Made by a program: the position numbers and the translations under genes. A stretch of 64,000 nucleotides of DNA. Source: Octopus vulgaris (lineage: Eukaryota). The stretch is from contig OX597824.1 in assembly GCA_951406725.2 (NCBI GenBank), forward strand, positions 21,328,001 to 21,392,000. The letters are read 5' to 3'. Of this stretch, positions 24,688 through 38,332 are shown piece by piece; position 1 is the first letter of the stretch, and each line of letters opens with the position of its first letter. The notes under the pieces are model-generated. The model was not told where the DNA came from. It saw only the letters and a program-made list of their open reading frames with translations, and made no database searches.

Positions 24688-24742
<55 letters not shown>

Positions 24743-25356
24743 CGTACGTACGTGTATGTACATATATAGATATAGACATGTATAGATATATGTATGTGTG
24801 TATGTGCATACTTATATAGCCATGTACACAAATATATTTATACACTGAAACACACACACACACATACCCCACATGTACGCAGACAAGTTCATTCGCACAC
24901 ATGAACACAATTCTTTCTTAATACTGCAATTCTAATTGTAAACTCCAAAATAACTTAGCTGTAATTCCTTTTCCCAAAGAGCAGAATTCTCATGACAAAG
25001 TTGGTCCAGGCCCTACAGGGAGAATTTGTAAACAGACAGAAAAGTCTAGAGTTAATGTATTTCAGAGAGAACAAAGGGTTTTATTTACTGGTGAAAAGTT
25101 TGATAAGCTTGCAGAATCAAGGCAACTGGCAGTTCTCTGAATGTAACAGAAGGGAGTCTGTCGTAGATACAAAGTAGGGCTTCAAGATTGTATATAAAAC
25201 GTAGGTGGTGTTTAGGCAATGTTGCTTATGTTTACAGCTGATGGTGTATAGAAAATGGTGAGATAGTCTGAGCTAGTTAGGACTGAAATGCATACACATA
25301 TGTAGTAGAAATGTTTTGTGACACAATTTCACCAGTAATGTTAGCAAAGGCTCTAT

Positions 25357-25806
25357 GGTGGCAAGCTGGCAGAATCGTTAGCACGCTGGGCGAAATGCTT
25401 AGCAGTATTTCGTCTGCCGCTTCGTTCTGAGTTCAAATTCCGTCGAGGTCGACTTTGCCTTTCATCCTTTCGGGGTCGGTTAAATAAGTACCAGTTACGC
25501 ACTGGGGTCGATATAATCGACTTAATCCGTTTGTCTGTCCTTATTTGTCCTCTCTGTGGGTAGTAAAGAAATAGGTATTTCCTCTGTCACTACGTTCTGA
25601 GTTCAAATTATGCCGAGGTCGACTTTGCCTTTCATTTTTTCGGGGTACCAGTTACCAGTAAATAAGTATCAGTTACGCACTGGGATCGATATAATCGACT
25701 TAATCTCTTTGTCTGTCCTTGTTTGTCCCGTCTGTGTTTAGCCCCTTGTGGGCAGTTAAGAAATAGGTATTTCGCCTGTTGCTATGTTCTGAGTTCAAAT
25801 TCTGCA
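25357..25806 (+). mobile_element. SINE-B multimer
   Basis: Junctions GAAATAGGTATTTC at ~25568 and ~25760. Confidence 0.85.
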
Positions 25807-25810
25807 CCTC

Positions 25811-25909
25811 TTATTTCTCGAGCACTTTCCGGAGTATTCGAACGGTTCCAAGCAGTGTTGTTTTCTGCAAGTGCTCCACCCTTATTGCAGCCCCTATTTG
25901 TTCCATGTG
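25811..25909 (-). mobile_element. R4/Dong-type (RLE) non-LTR retrotransposon ORF C-terminus fragment
   Basis: Translates to HMEQIGAAIRVEHLQKTTLLGTVRILRKVLEK*, matching the LQKxxLLGTxxILRKVL terminus typical of R4/Dong elements. Confidence 0.7.
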
Positions 25910-26294
25910 ACAGGTGAAATATCGCTAAGAATTTTGTCTGGCATGCTAATGATTCTGAGGCTATAGTAGAAGACACTTGCCCAAGGTGCCACACAGTGGA
26001 ACTGAACCCGGAACCATGTGGTTGGGAAGCAAGCTTCTTACCACACAGCGATGCCTGTGCCTATATATGATGGGAAATATTACACAGACCTGAGATGTGT
26101 GGATTAGATGACTTCAAAGTATCGCTATTTGGTTTGAGTTTGTTATTAGAGCTTATGCATCCTGATTCCAGTATGAATTAGTCCAGACTCCACTTACGCA
26201 GATACTCTGACAGGGTTTGGAGTGGTTTGTTGTATTTGATTGTATATTTGAAGTATATATATATATACACACACATACACATGCACACACTTAT

Positions 26295-26427
26295 AGACAG
26301 ATAGATAAGTAGATAGATAGATAGATAGATAGATAGAGAGGAATAGAGATAGATAGATAGATAGATATATAGATTGATTGACAGACCGATAGATAGATAG
26401 ACAGTCACACAGACAGACAGATAAATG

Positions 26428-26476
<49 letters not shown>

Positions 26477-26562
26477 GTAGGTAGATAGGTAGTTAGATAG
26501 ATAGATAGATAGATATGCACATTGATAGACACACGAGCAGACAGACAGATAGGCAGGCAGAC

Positions 26563-26600
<38 letters not shown>

Positions 26601-26875
26601 GCATATTGATAGACAAATAGATAGGTGGATAGATAGACAGTCATATATATTAAGATAGATATATAGATAGATAGATAGATATATATATATAGATAGATAG
26701 ATATATAGATAGATAGATAGATAGATAGACACTCATACATATCAACATAGATAAATAAATAGATTTATAGATAAGATAGATAGAGATAGATATGTACATA
26801 GGTAGACACTCATACATATTAACATAGATAAATAGATAGATAAGATGGTGATAGATAGATAGATAGATAGGTTGG

Positions 26876-26926
<51 letters not shown>

Positions 26927-26927
26927 G

Positions 26928-26957
<30 letters not shown>
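26295..26957. repeat. (AGAT)n/(AGAC)n compound microsatellite
   Basis: ~660 bp GATA-type array. Confidence 0.95.
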
Positions 26958-26958
<1 letters not shown>

Positions 26959-27807
26959 ACATTGATGACTGAGGCTTTAGTGGAAGGCACTTGTCCAAGG
27001 TGTTATGCAATACCATCAAACTTGAAACCACGGAATTACAAAGCTAAGCTCTTTAACCACACAGCTCTACTTATTTATGCCTCAGCCTGTAAGTTCAGTT
27101 TTCTAATACAAACCTTATTATATACATTTTACCATTTTTTTCTCAGTATTATTCTGCTTTCGTACATTTACTAGTTCTAACAAATTTACTATTTTTTTAG
27201 GAAACACCTTAAAGAAAAAACAGCAGCAAACAAACAAAAAAGCCCAATACTTTTTTTTTTTTCACAGAATATTAATGCAGTCTACCGTTATTTTATGATA
27301 AAGAAATCAAATATTGCCTGCAACGCATTTGGCAACTTAACAAATTTGTTTATTTTTGTATTAAGTTTTTCTTGATTTTATTTTTATCTTTTTGTTATCA
27401 GCCTTTTTTTTTTTTTTTTACATTTTATATGGCTTTATTTACTGCGAAGATTTTCTGAAAGGATATTATTTATAAATTGAATAATTTTCCATTTTTTTTT
27501 TTTACTCCCCCTTTTTTTATTTTATCTTAATATTTAAATGAAATATTTATTTTGGATATTAATTTTCCTTAAAAATTTATATATATGTGTGTATATTATA
27601 TAATACATACACACACACACACACATATGTATATATATCCATACACACATACATACATACATATGTATATATATCCATATGTATATGGCTGTTTAAGTAC
27701 ATGCATACATACACACACACACACATACATACATACATACATACATATGTATGTATCTGCCTATTAAAATAAATAAATAAATGAATATATCTATATATAT
27801 ATATATA

Positions 27808-27858
<51 letters not shown>

Positions 27859-28746
27859 ATTTATATATACACACTCGGGCTGTTTATTTTTATCACTTTT
27901 ATAATGCATTATCTGCAATGCTGTGAGCTATTTATCATTTTATCATCTCAATTTTTTTCCCTCGCACTTCTCTTTTGTTATCACCATCATCATCATCATC
28001 ATCATCATCATGATGATGATGATAATTGTCATCATTTTCATCACCCTCCTTCCTCTTCCATTCTTACCCCCTCTTCTCCTCCACCTTTTCCTCCCCCTCC
28101 CCGCACCTCCGTCTTCATCATGCCTGTCACCTACATTTTAACCTTCATTTCACTCGAGTAACTAAAATCAGTTACGTTTGTGATGTTGCCTCCTATCGTA
28201 ATATTAATTATTTCGTCCGTTTTGAGGGTTTTTTTTTTTTGCACCCTTTCTTTTGAATGCCCTCGATTATCTCTTTATAGTGAAAAATTAATTTTTAATT
28301 TCTTGTAAAAAAAAAAAGATATCACCCCCCCCCACTCCTGACTCTCCATGTTTTCTTTGAGAGCTGTTCACAATAAATTCTACGTTCTTCGCTCTAATTT
28401 AGAGGAAAATTTCATTTCATTGAGAATATTCTGTGTATGTCATCATCCAATACATTCGTCTTTTAAGTTGTTTCTTTCTCCATTCATTTCTTCATCTGCT
28501 TTACTTTTGTTTTCTCATGCCGGCATGGTTCAGGTGAATACTCATTATTGCAGGATTATTTTACAGCCAGATCTTTGTGTTGTTCGTCACTACCTGTTTT
28601 TCAAGTAAGGGTGTTTTCATTCCACTTATCTTCAAAAGCAGCAGAGCTACTGAGGGTGGTTTGTTGATTAGGAAATGTCAACAAACAACACCAGTCATAG
28701 CTTAGCTCAGTGTAGAATGTAAACATTCAAAAAGACAGACAGACAG

Positions 28747-28777
<31 letters not shown>

Positions 28778-30164
28778 TGTTGATTGCTCTATATTCACGG
28801 ATGATTGCCATCTCCTTTTTTTTTGTTGTCAATAATATTTTTGACTTTCCGGCCGTGACTTCTCAGCTGACTATTTCAGTCCATTGCAAATCTGCATGGT
28901 TTAAAGTATGGGTGACAGGCAAAAGTTGCAACCTACTGTGCACTTCCAACTGGTTAAATCTACACATCTATGTTACCACTCTTCCTTTCTTGTGGGCCTT
29001 TCAGTAGCTGGAGCAGCAAATGGGGTCACCCTAAAAAACATCTGTACATCATTGGGTTATAGTGATAAACACTTGTACAACATGAGTGCCACTCACTGAG
29101 TCCCTGTGATTAGTCCTTAGAGATTGGCTGAAGCAAAATGACCAGTTAGCACATGAAGCCACAGGTTTTACATCAGAGTGACCCTCTTCTTGAAGGATAC
29201 TGTGACAACAGCTAAGGGTCTTTTAGTCCCACTAGTTTTACTGTGTGCCCTCAGACTAACCAAATGTATTTCTGCCTGTACTTAGATGTTTGGCATTAGA
29301 TACGCAAAGTAGCTCATAACTATGGCTCTGACAGGTGCTGTTACTCTGGGTCACTGTAGACCCAAGAATAATAGTGGCTAAGACATGATTCCACATTCCT
29401 CAAAACCCTGCAGCAGCTGAACCAAAGCCCCACTACCAGATGCAGTTTAAAATCTTGCCTTGGGTACACACACACACACACACACACATGTATGCATACA
29501 TATATACACATATACACACACAGGCAGACATACATACATACATACATACATGCGTACATGCATTCACACACATGCATACATACATTCATTCATTCATACA
29601 TACATATACATGACAGGTTTTGTACTGTTTCCTCCATCAAATTAACTCCTAAGGCTTTGGTAGAAGACACTTTCTCAAGGTGCTACGACAATTCATGTAA
29701 CATGCTCAATCGAATTATTTCCCTCAGCAAATTTTAATTTCTAATTATGTAAACTATACTGGCTAAAATATCTATAGAGTATGTTGATGATGTCTAATAA
29801 TGTTGGAACATGTTGATAATTGTCTCCCTTTTCTGCAAACAAAAATCAGATTTTTCTTCTTAACATGTTTTTTATTTTATACTGATTATTTAAGGAAGAA
29901 AGGGCAGTGCCCTTAACTCTTTATTTTTTTTCAGGATCTCTAAGACTAATAGGGGGAAGTTATGAAATTATCTTTAAACCAGAGACCTAGTCTGAGTGGT
30001 CTAATTGCTTGTAACAGAGTGAACTATATTAAAGATATCCAAGGACCAAGTGGTGATGTTAAGCTTGGCAGTGGACTAAGTCTAAGTTTTTTGCTTTGTC
30101 TCTTTAATTAAGATGAAGATTTTAATTAACCAACAATTTATTGTATATGTCATTTAGCTCATCA

Positions 30165-30555
30165 TAAACCCGGGATGACAGAGGACGAAGTGGTGAGAGA
30201 GGATCTACAGATGTTGAGACTCACAGAGATGATGAGAGGAGAGCAAGACTCCTGGCAATTTGAAAAGAGCTAAGTAAAAGGGTGGTTGCCCTTGCATACA
30301 GGCTTGTACCCTGTAACCCCTCTCCAATTGAGCATCCCTAATCTTGCAGGCTCATGGGTGCTGGTGCTGTGTAAAAAGCACCCAGTACACTCAGTAAAGT
30401 GGTTGGCATTAGAAGGGCATCCAGCTGTAGAAACCTTGCCAAAACAGATATGGAACCTAAACAGCCCTTCAGCGGGTCAGCTCCTGTCGAACCGTCCAAC
30501 CTATGCCAGCAAGGATAACAGACATTAAATGATGATGAATGTGATGGTGATGATA
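30165..30555 (+). mobile_element. RTE LINE 3' end (ORF C-terminus plus family D 3' region)
   Basis: KPGMTEDEVVREDLQMLRLTEMMRGEQDSWQ resembles RTE RP+KTW.EVV+.DL..LGL.E.M..DR..W; followed by the family D motif and (GAT)n. Confidence 0.6.
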
Positions 30556-30587
30556 TGTTTATACACACACACACACACACACACACA

Positions 30588-30631
<44 letters not shown>

Positions 30632-30749
30632 TATGTATGCATACATGAGGAATTACATTGGATGTGTATTCTACTTATATTTACTGGTGTCTGATTGTTG
30701 TATACAGTTACGCAAATTCACTTGGTGTGTGTGAATGTATATACATATG

Positions 30750-30785
<36 letters not shown>

Positions 30786-30812
30786 TTTATATATATATAC
30801 ATACATATATAT

Positions 30813-30847
<35 letters not shown>

Positions 30848-30884
30848 GTTATTTATATTTATATATACATACATATACATATAT

Positions 30885-30939
<55 letters not shown>

Positions 30940-30990
30940 CATACATACATATATATATATATACACACACATATATATACATACATATGC

Positions 30991-31045
<55 letters not shown>
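30750..31045. repeat. (AT)n/(AC)n compound microsatellite
   Basis: Dinucleotide runs; similar tracts at 20295-20615, 27580-27870, 34939-35165, 48355-48660 and 51400-51850. Confidence 0.95.
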
Positions 31046-31047
<2 letters not shown>

Positions 31048-31434
31048 GTAGTTATCATGTCAGTCATTTCTCAAGTGGCACATGGCACCACTTCTGAATA
31101 AGAAAAGTGGGGATTTCTTTGTCATTAATAAGATCATAATTTCTCTAATCCCTCTCTATCTCTTCCTCTGCCTGTGTGTCTCTCTTCATTATAAATTCAG
31201 CCACTTTGCTCTAAGTACTCTTTTCCTACATTACCTACAATACAGGCAGATAAGAAAATTCTGGGATGGAATTAATAATCACCGACTACTGCAAACTATG
31301 CTATAAACTCTCAGTAGGCTTGGCTCTCTTAACTCAAAAAAATTCTGTGCTTTGGAAATATTAGCGTATTATTATTATCATTATTATTATTATTATCATC
31401 ATCATCATTATTATCATTATTATTATTATTATTA

Positions 31435-31737
31435 TCCGAATCGTGGCCGAAGCCAGTGCCGCCTCGACTGGCTTCCGTGCAGGTGGCACGTAAAATGCAC
31501 CAATCCGACCGTGGCCAATGCCAGCCTCGCCTGGCACCAGTGCAGGTGGCACGTAAAAAGCACCCACTACACTCACGGAGTGGTTGGCGTTAGGAAGGGC
31601 ATCCAGCTGTAGAAACATTGCCAGATAAGACCGGAGCCTGGTGCAGTCTTCTGGCTTCCCAGATCCCCGGTCGAACCGTCCAACCCATGCTAGCATGGAG
31701 AGCGGACGTTAAACGATGATGATGATGATGATGATGA
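31435..31737 (+). mobile_element. Family D young copy
   Basis: Near-identical to 12700-12996. Confidence 0.9.
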
Positions 31738-31762
31738 TTATTATTATTATCATTATTATTAT

Positions 31763-32315
31763 TGAGTGAGAGAGCAATGCATGCCATCAGAGTGACACTG
31801 GGGTAAAATATACGAAGCCCAGTATACCCATATTGACTACCCATCTGATAAGGGTACACCAGGTACATGCATCACAACCATATGTGCGTGACATGGTGAT
31901 CTCATATTATGATAAATAGCACATGACCTTGCAGGTGGGGCTCTGTCAGAATTTTCTTCTGGTCGAGTAGCCCATCCCGCTCAAAAGGTCCCTGAATAAG
32001 GGTTGTTTAAGGCTGTTGAACGAAGCACCCATGTTTCCAAAGGTGAATTATCCAAACCCCCAAAGAATTCCTCTCAACACACGGCTATGATGCTCCCCCA
32101 CTACTTCTGCTTGTGATCAGAGATGCACATATCGTCAGCCAGTAAGGGACATGCTCAACTAGTTATGGTCAAGCAGCTCTGTGGTATTGACAAGCAAATC
32201 TGTGGTATTGAGCAGATTATTTGCTGTAGTCCATCCTTTACACTAAAACAAAATAATGTACATGATAACACTTCCAATCAGTTAAGATCAGAAGCCATGA
32301 GCACCATCAGGGAAT
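31763..32315 (-). mobile_element. Probable LINE 3' UTR segment embedded in (TAA)n
   Basis: Complex ~550 bp sequence bounded by (ATT)n on both sides; minus strand ends CTCTCTCACTC-(AAT)n. Confidence 0.45.
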
Positions 32316-32335
32316 CTATTATTATTATAATTATA

Positions 32336-32376
<41 letters not shown>

Positions 32377-32379
32377 CTT

Positions 32380-32417
<38 letters not shown>

Positions 32418-33829
32418 AGGTGACTAGCTGGCAGAATAGTTAGCACGCTAGACCAAATGCTTATTGGCATTTCATTTGTCTTTACGTTCTGTGTTCAAAT
32501 TCCACCAAGGTTGATTGTGTTCTTCATCCTTTCGAGGTCAAGAAATTAAGTACCAGTTATCCACTGAGGTTGGTGCAGTCGACTAGCCTCATCTCTGCAA
32601 AATTTCAGGCCTTGTACTTCCACAGAGTTGGTCTTACACTTCCATACAGTTCCATCATCATCATCATCATCGTTTAACATCCATTTTCCATGCTAGCATG
32701 GGTTAGGCCCAGGGTCCACAGTAGAAGACACTTGTCCAATGTGCTGCACAGTAGGACTGAAACTTGTAACCGTAACCTCGTGGTTGTAAAGCAAGCTTTT
32801 TAACCTCATAGCCATGCCTGAACGCAGTTCAGAAAGTAGTTTTAATTAATTATAATATCTTGGTTCACTGCATTAAATATGTTAGTACCCTACTTAACCA
32901 TTCTTTCTAGTGTGGTTCCTTTGAGAAATAATGTAGGGAAAATTACTACTACTACTACTACTAGTAGTAGTAGTAGTAGTAGTAGTAGCTGCCACTCACA
33001 AGTGAGTATGATGTGACAGTATGTACCATGCTTTTGGTAATTGTTTTAGGTGTTAGGTGATTAATGTAGTTAGTTGTCTGAAGCAGACAGGCCCTCATGG
33101 CCAAGCCCTCTAGGCTAAGCCTTCTCAACCAAACCCTCTCGACAAGCCCTCTCAACTGCTTTTGACCAAGTGGGAGTTTAAAGATGTGACAGCTGGAGAG
33201 CTCTACCAGCTCTTGGCTCATACTAAGTTTCATTTTAGTAGACTATGGTAATGTGAAATGACCTGCCTTGCTCAAGATTTCAATGCACTGCTCAACCTAG
33301 GAATCGAACCTGTGAAAACTTTATGCTCTTGAGCTCAGAGTTGTATATATTCAGTCTAGTATATTTATCTTTTATCTTTGACTTGTTTCAGTCATTAGAC
33401 TGTGGCCATGCCGGGGCACCACCTAGGAGAATTTTAGTCTAACAAATTGACCCCAGAACAATGCACAACATGTTTCAGTCCTGTCATCTCATTTCTGGTA
33501 AAATGCACTGCCTTTGTTTCGGTTAAATTCACAAGACTTTGGTTGACCCAAGACAATGGAAGACAACATGTGCTTAAGGTACCACATATTAAGTTCACAC
33601 CTAAAACCTTATAAAATTACTATTTGTAAATCTCACAACGAGAGATATTCACCAACAGTACTTTGGAGTAAAGATTATAGCCAGCTGGAGACGATGTCTC
33701 CTGGAGCTAAATTACAGCAACATTCGTCCTAAACCAGGACTGCCATGTTATGTTGGCTAATAATCTTTACTCTAAAACCTTATAATAGTGAAAAACGAAT
33801 TTCTTAAACACATAGGTAGGGGGGCTCTG

Positions 33830-34170
33830 AAAGGGGTACGGGTCTCAGGGAGTAGTGTCCCTGCCTTTCTTAGCTAGTTTTCCACTACATTTAAAAATTA
33901 TGGTAGAGGCCTTGGTCTTGAGACCGCTCATGTCTAGAAAATGAGGTTGGGGATAAGCAAGGGCATGCTCCCTGTAGAAAATCCAGCTCCCAAAAAGACA
34001 CATGATAGCAAGGGAGAATAGGCACCAGCCAGACCAAGCGTTGGGGTGGGCTGCACCTGCCTGCCTCGGTTGCTATGGCATTGAGGTAGATCTTGTCATC
34101 CCCGTTAATGGGGGGCAAAACTCAGATTTAAAACACTGGATGATAATGATGATGATGATGATGATGATAG
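33830..34170 (+). mobile_element. Bipartite non-autonomous RTE-type element
   Basis: GGTTGGGGATAAGCAAGGGCATGCTCCCTGTAGAAAA motif; 3' end shared with the RTE ORF end at 47030-47195; (GAT)n tail. Confidence 0.55.
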
Positions 34171-34239
34171 CCATGCTTTCTATACCCAATGTCCGAACTC
34201 CTAAACTATGTCAATTTGCTGTATCCATTTGTTTGTTTG

Positions 34240-34603
34240 TTTGTTGAGCGAAGCGGCCTTCATTCCAGAGGGGGAGAAGTCTGTAACGTGGTCCTTTGCT
34301 ATTCGTAAGACCCGCAGAAGAGAAAGCAATCAACCCCTGACACCGATGGATGGATGAATGCGCATCCAGGCTCAGTGGTTGCATAGGAAGTCGGGGACAA
34401 GAAACAAGAAGAAAGAGTGAGAGAAAGTTGGAGCGAAAGAGTACAACAGGGGTCATCACCCCCACCCCCCTGCTGGAGCCTCGTGGAGTGGAGCTTTAGG
34501 TGTTTTCGCTTAATAAACACACACAACGCTTGGTCTGGGGAATCGAAACCGTGATCCTCCGACTGCGAGTCCACTGCCCTAACCACTGGACCATTGCGCC
34601 TCC
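34240..34603 (-). mobile_element. tRNA-derived SINE (group C variant)
   Basis: GGAGGCGCAATGGTCCAGTGGTTAGGGCAG head, GGTTTCGATTCC B box, (AAAC)n tail. Confidence 0.8.
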
Positions 34604-34935
34604 TTGCTGTATCTGTCGAACCAGTCCTTAGACTCCCCTAAATTAACTTTGTAATTATCCCATTCTAGGATAAGTTGGTTTTTTTTCTTTTGTTTGTTTA
34701 CTGGATTAGAAAAAAAAACAAAAAGCAAAAAAAAAACCTGAAATGTTTTTGTTGTCTTGAAAGAGGTTTACTTATTCCCATTATGCTGCAGTAATTATTT
34801 CAAGCTTACTCTAGATTTCGTTTGTCTCATTATGTGCAGCTTGACATAAGTCACGAATACTTAGTTAATCTTTAATCCTCAAGGTTTCATAGATTATTTA
34901 GTTTAAAAATCATTTATAACTAAATACATGCATAC

Positions 34936-34982
<47 letters not shown>

Positions 34983-34998
34983 TATATATATATGCATG

Positions 34999-35096
<98 letters not shown>

Positions 35097-35105
35097 ATAC
35101 ATCTT

Positions 35106-35139
<34 letters not shown>

Positions 35140-35831
35140 CTTACACTCACATATACATATATATATCTAAATAAAGGTCAACAATGTTGCTTAGCAACGT
35201 TAGTTATAGATTTAAAAAGAGTCCTCAAATATATAAGCTAATCTTAACATTAGTCTAGTTCTATCTTGATGTTGTTGTTCGCATGACTTTGTTTTCTCTG
35301 GGTTGTCCATGATCACAAGCATCCCAGCCATGGCCATCCCTTCAACTGTCTGGCATTGTGCCACATCAGGTTTTTATTGTCAAACGTGTCCTCCTTTTTG
35401 AAAACAGTAGGGTGTGATTTGATATAGATTTATGAATTTATCTGCTACTTCTAGCATTTCCAGTGGCCACGTAGTGGTTCCCTTGTTGGTTTGTTTATCA
35501 TGATGTAAATAAGAAATGCTTCGTTCAGTCTAGCAACATCTCCTGTGTGGTCTCGGTATTCTGATGTGGTATGAAGTGCAGTAACCTTTTCTCGTGAAAT
35601 TTCTGTTGAAATAAACCATCTTCACTTCAGTTAACTCTTTAAATATAAAATTAAATTCCATGGTTATTCCAGTAATGATGTTAAGTATCTACCAAAAAAT
35701 AGAACTGGAATTTTCTGCAAGTCACGTTGCTGCAGTAAATTTGGCATATCTCTAGAACAAATAGTTCCAAATCTGGCATTCTCTCAACAGAAGATAAAAT
35801 TGGTAAATAAAACTGCTTTCCACAGTTGAAT

Positions 35832-36335
35832 CATCGTTCGTTTAACGTCCGCTTTCCATGCTAGCATGGATTGGACGATTTTGATTGAGGGCTGGCGAAC
35901 CAGATGGTTGCACCAGGCTCCAACCTTGATCTGGCAGAGTTTCTACAGCTGGATGCCCTTCCTAATGCCAACCACTCCGAGAGTGTAGTGGGTGCTTTTT
36001 ATGTACCACTGGCATGGGGGCCAGTCAGGTGGTACTGGCAACGTCCTCGCTCGAATCTTTATACACATGCCACCAGCACAGGTGCCAGTAAGGTGACGTT
36101 GGTAACGATCACGCTTGAATGGTGCCTTTTACGTGCCACTGGCATGGAAGCCAGTTAGCCGCTCTGGTAATGATCACGCTTGGGCGGTGCTCTTAGCACC
36201 CTACTAGCACGGGCACAAGTGCCAGTAAGGCGACACTGATAATGATCACACTCGAATGGTGCCTTTTACGTGCCACTGGCACGGAAGCCGGTTAGCCGCT
36301 CTGTCAATGATCACACTCGTCGCTCTGTCAGCGAT
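35832..36335 (-). mobile_element. Family D with about 5 units
   Basis: Reverse complement units and RTE-type motif. Confidence 0.8.
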
Positions 36336-36385
36336 TGAAATTTCAAATGGAAATATCTAATTTCTGCAGTAAAAGGGTAAAGAAC

Positions 36386-36712
36386 TCCTTCAGTCATGAA
36401 TGACCATGGGATTGCACCTAGAAAGTTCCCCTCCAAAGCATAAGTCCAGGAAATGCTGTTTATGGAAGACCAGCAGTCGCCCATGCATACCGGCCTCCCA
36501 TCTCCACGCCACCAGTGTTATACAAGGGAAAGGCAAAGGCTGATACAGCTTGGCACCAGTGACATCGCAACTTGTTTCTACAGCTGAGTGAACTGGAACA
36601 ACATGAAATAAAGTGTGTGTCTTGCTCAAGAACACATCAAGCAGCCTGGTCTTGGAATTGAACTTACTACATCAGGATTAGGAGCCTGATGCTCTCTCCA
36701 CTGAGCCATGCA
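36386..36712 (-). mobile_element. SINE-C
   Basis: Homologous to 1227-1562. Confidence 0.8.
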
Positions 36713-36764
36713 GTAAAAACAGGTTAATTGTAAGAATTATTTAGAACCTAGTAAAATAACTTTG

Positions 36765-37240
36765 TGTGGAGGCGTGTGTCTATTTCTTTACTACCCACAA
36801 TGGGCTAAACATAGAGAGGACAAACGGATTAAGTCGATTATATCGACCCCAGTGCATAACTGGTGCTTAATTTATCGACCCCGAAAGGATGAAAGGCAAA
36901 GTTGACCTCGTCGGAATTTGAACTCAGCGACGGGCGAAATACCACGAAGCACTTCGCGCGGCGTGCTAACGTTTCGGCCAGCTCGCGTGGAGGCGTGTGT
37001 CTTTGTGGTTAGGGTGTCAGCATCATGATCGTAAGATTGTGGTTTCGATTCCTTGACTGGGCGACGTGTTGTGTTCTTGAGCAAAACACTTCATTTCACC
37101 TTGCTCCAGTCCACTCAGCTGGCAAAAATGAGTAACGCTGCGTTGGACTGGCGTCCTGTCCAGCTGGGGAACACATATGCCATAGAAACCGGGAAACCAG
37201 GCTCATGAGCCTGGCTTGGCTTTAAAAGGGCGCATTTATT
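36765..37240. mobile_element. SINE-B (minus, 36780-36986) inserted in the head of a SINE-C variant (plus)
   Basis: GTGGAGGCGTGTGTCT duplicated at ~36767 and ~36987; TTGCTCCAGTCCACTCAGCTG core. Confidence 0.75.
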
Positions 37241-37789
37241 TTTTAAAAAATAACTTTGCTACTATTAACCCTTTGAGCCTGTAAAACCGGTTTACCAGTG
37301 GATGGCTTATTTTTCTGAATAAACTATGATGATGATGATGATGATTTATAACTTAAAATAACAGCGGGTTAAGTAGAAACCTTCAAAACCAGTAAAATAT
37401 TTAAGCATTTTTCGAAGAAATGGACAAAAATATGATTCAAAAACGCAGTTGGATGTGTTGCAGCAATTTTGTATCCTTATTTATTTTCCATATTTGATTG
37501 TATTCATTATAATATTAATTTTCATAATTGATCGTCAGAGTAATATTGATTTTTAATGCAGGCAGAAGGTCACGAGTTTGGTGGGGACCGAACAGTCAGT
37601 TATATCGACTTAGTACTTGACTGGTATTCATTTTATATCAACTTTGGAATGATGGACGGGAATGATGACCTTGGTGTGGGATTTGAACTCAGAATGTAGA
37701 GCACTGCAACTAAATACCAAAAATATTTTGTCCAATGCTGTAAGGATTTAGCCAATCATAAATTATTAATTAAATGTCAGCTATTTTTT

Positions 37790-38325
37790 TTTCTTTTTAC
37801 TTGTTTTCAGTCATTTGACTGTGGCCATGCTGGATCACTGTCTTTTAGTTGAAGAAATCGACCCCAGGACTTATTCTTTGTAAGCCTAGTATTTATTCTA
37901 TCGGTCTCTTTTGCCGAACCGCTAAGTTACAGGGATATAAACACACCAGCATCGGTTGTCAAGCAACGTTGGGCGACAAACACAGACACACAAACATATA
38001 CACACACATACATATATATATACATATATATAACGGGCTTCATTCAGTTTCCGTCTACCAGATCCACTCAGAAGGCTTTGGTCAGCCCGAGGCTATAGTA
38101 GCAGACACTTGCCCAAGGTGCCACGCAGTGAGACTGAACCCAGAACCATGTGGTTATTAAGCAGGCTACTTACCACACTCCTCATAGCCGTAATTATATT
38201 GACTTTTGAATATTTATATGACAGGCTTCTTTCAGTTTCTGTCTACCAAATCCACCCACAAGGCTTTGGTCAGCCCAACCTGGAACCATGTGGTTAGTAA
38301 GCAGACTACTTACCACACAGCCACT
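37790..38325 (-). mobile_element. SINE-A full copy plus a partial copy
   Basis: Reverse complement of SINE-A. Confidence 0.8.
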
Positions 38326-38332
38326 TGTATTA

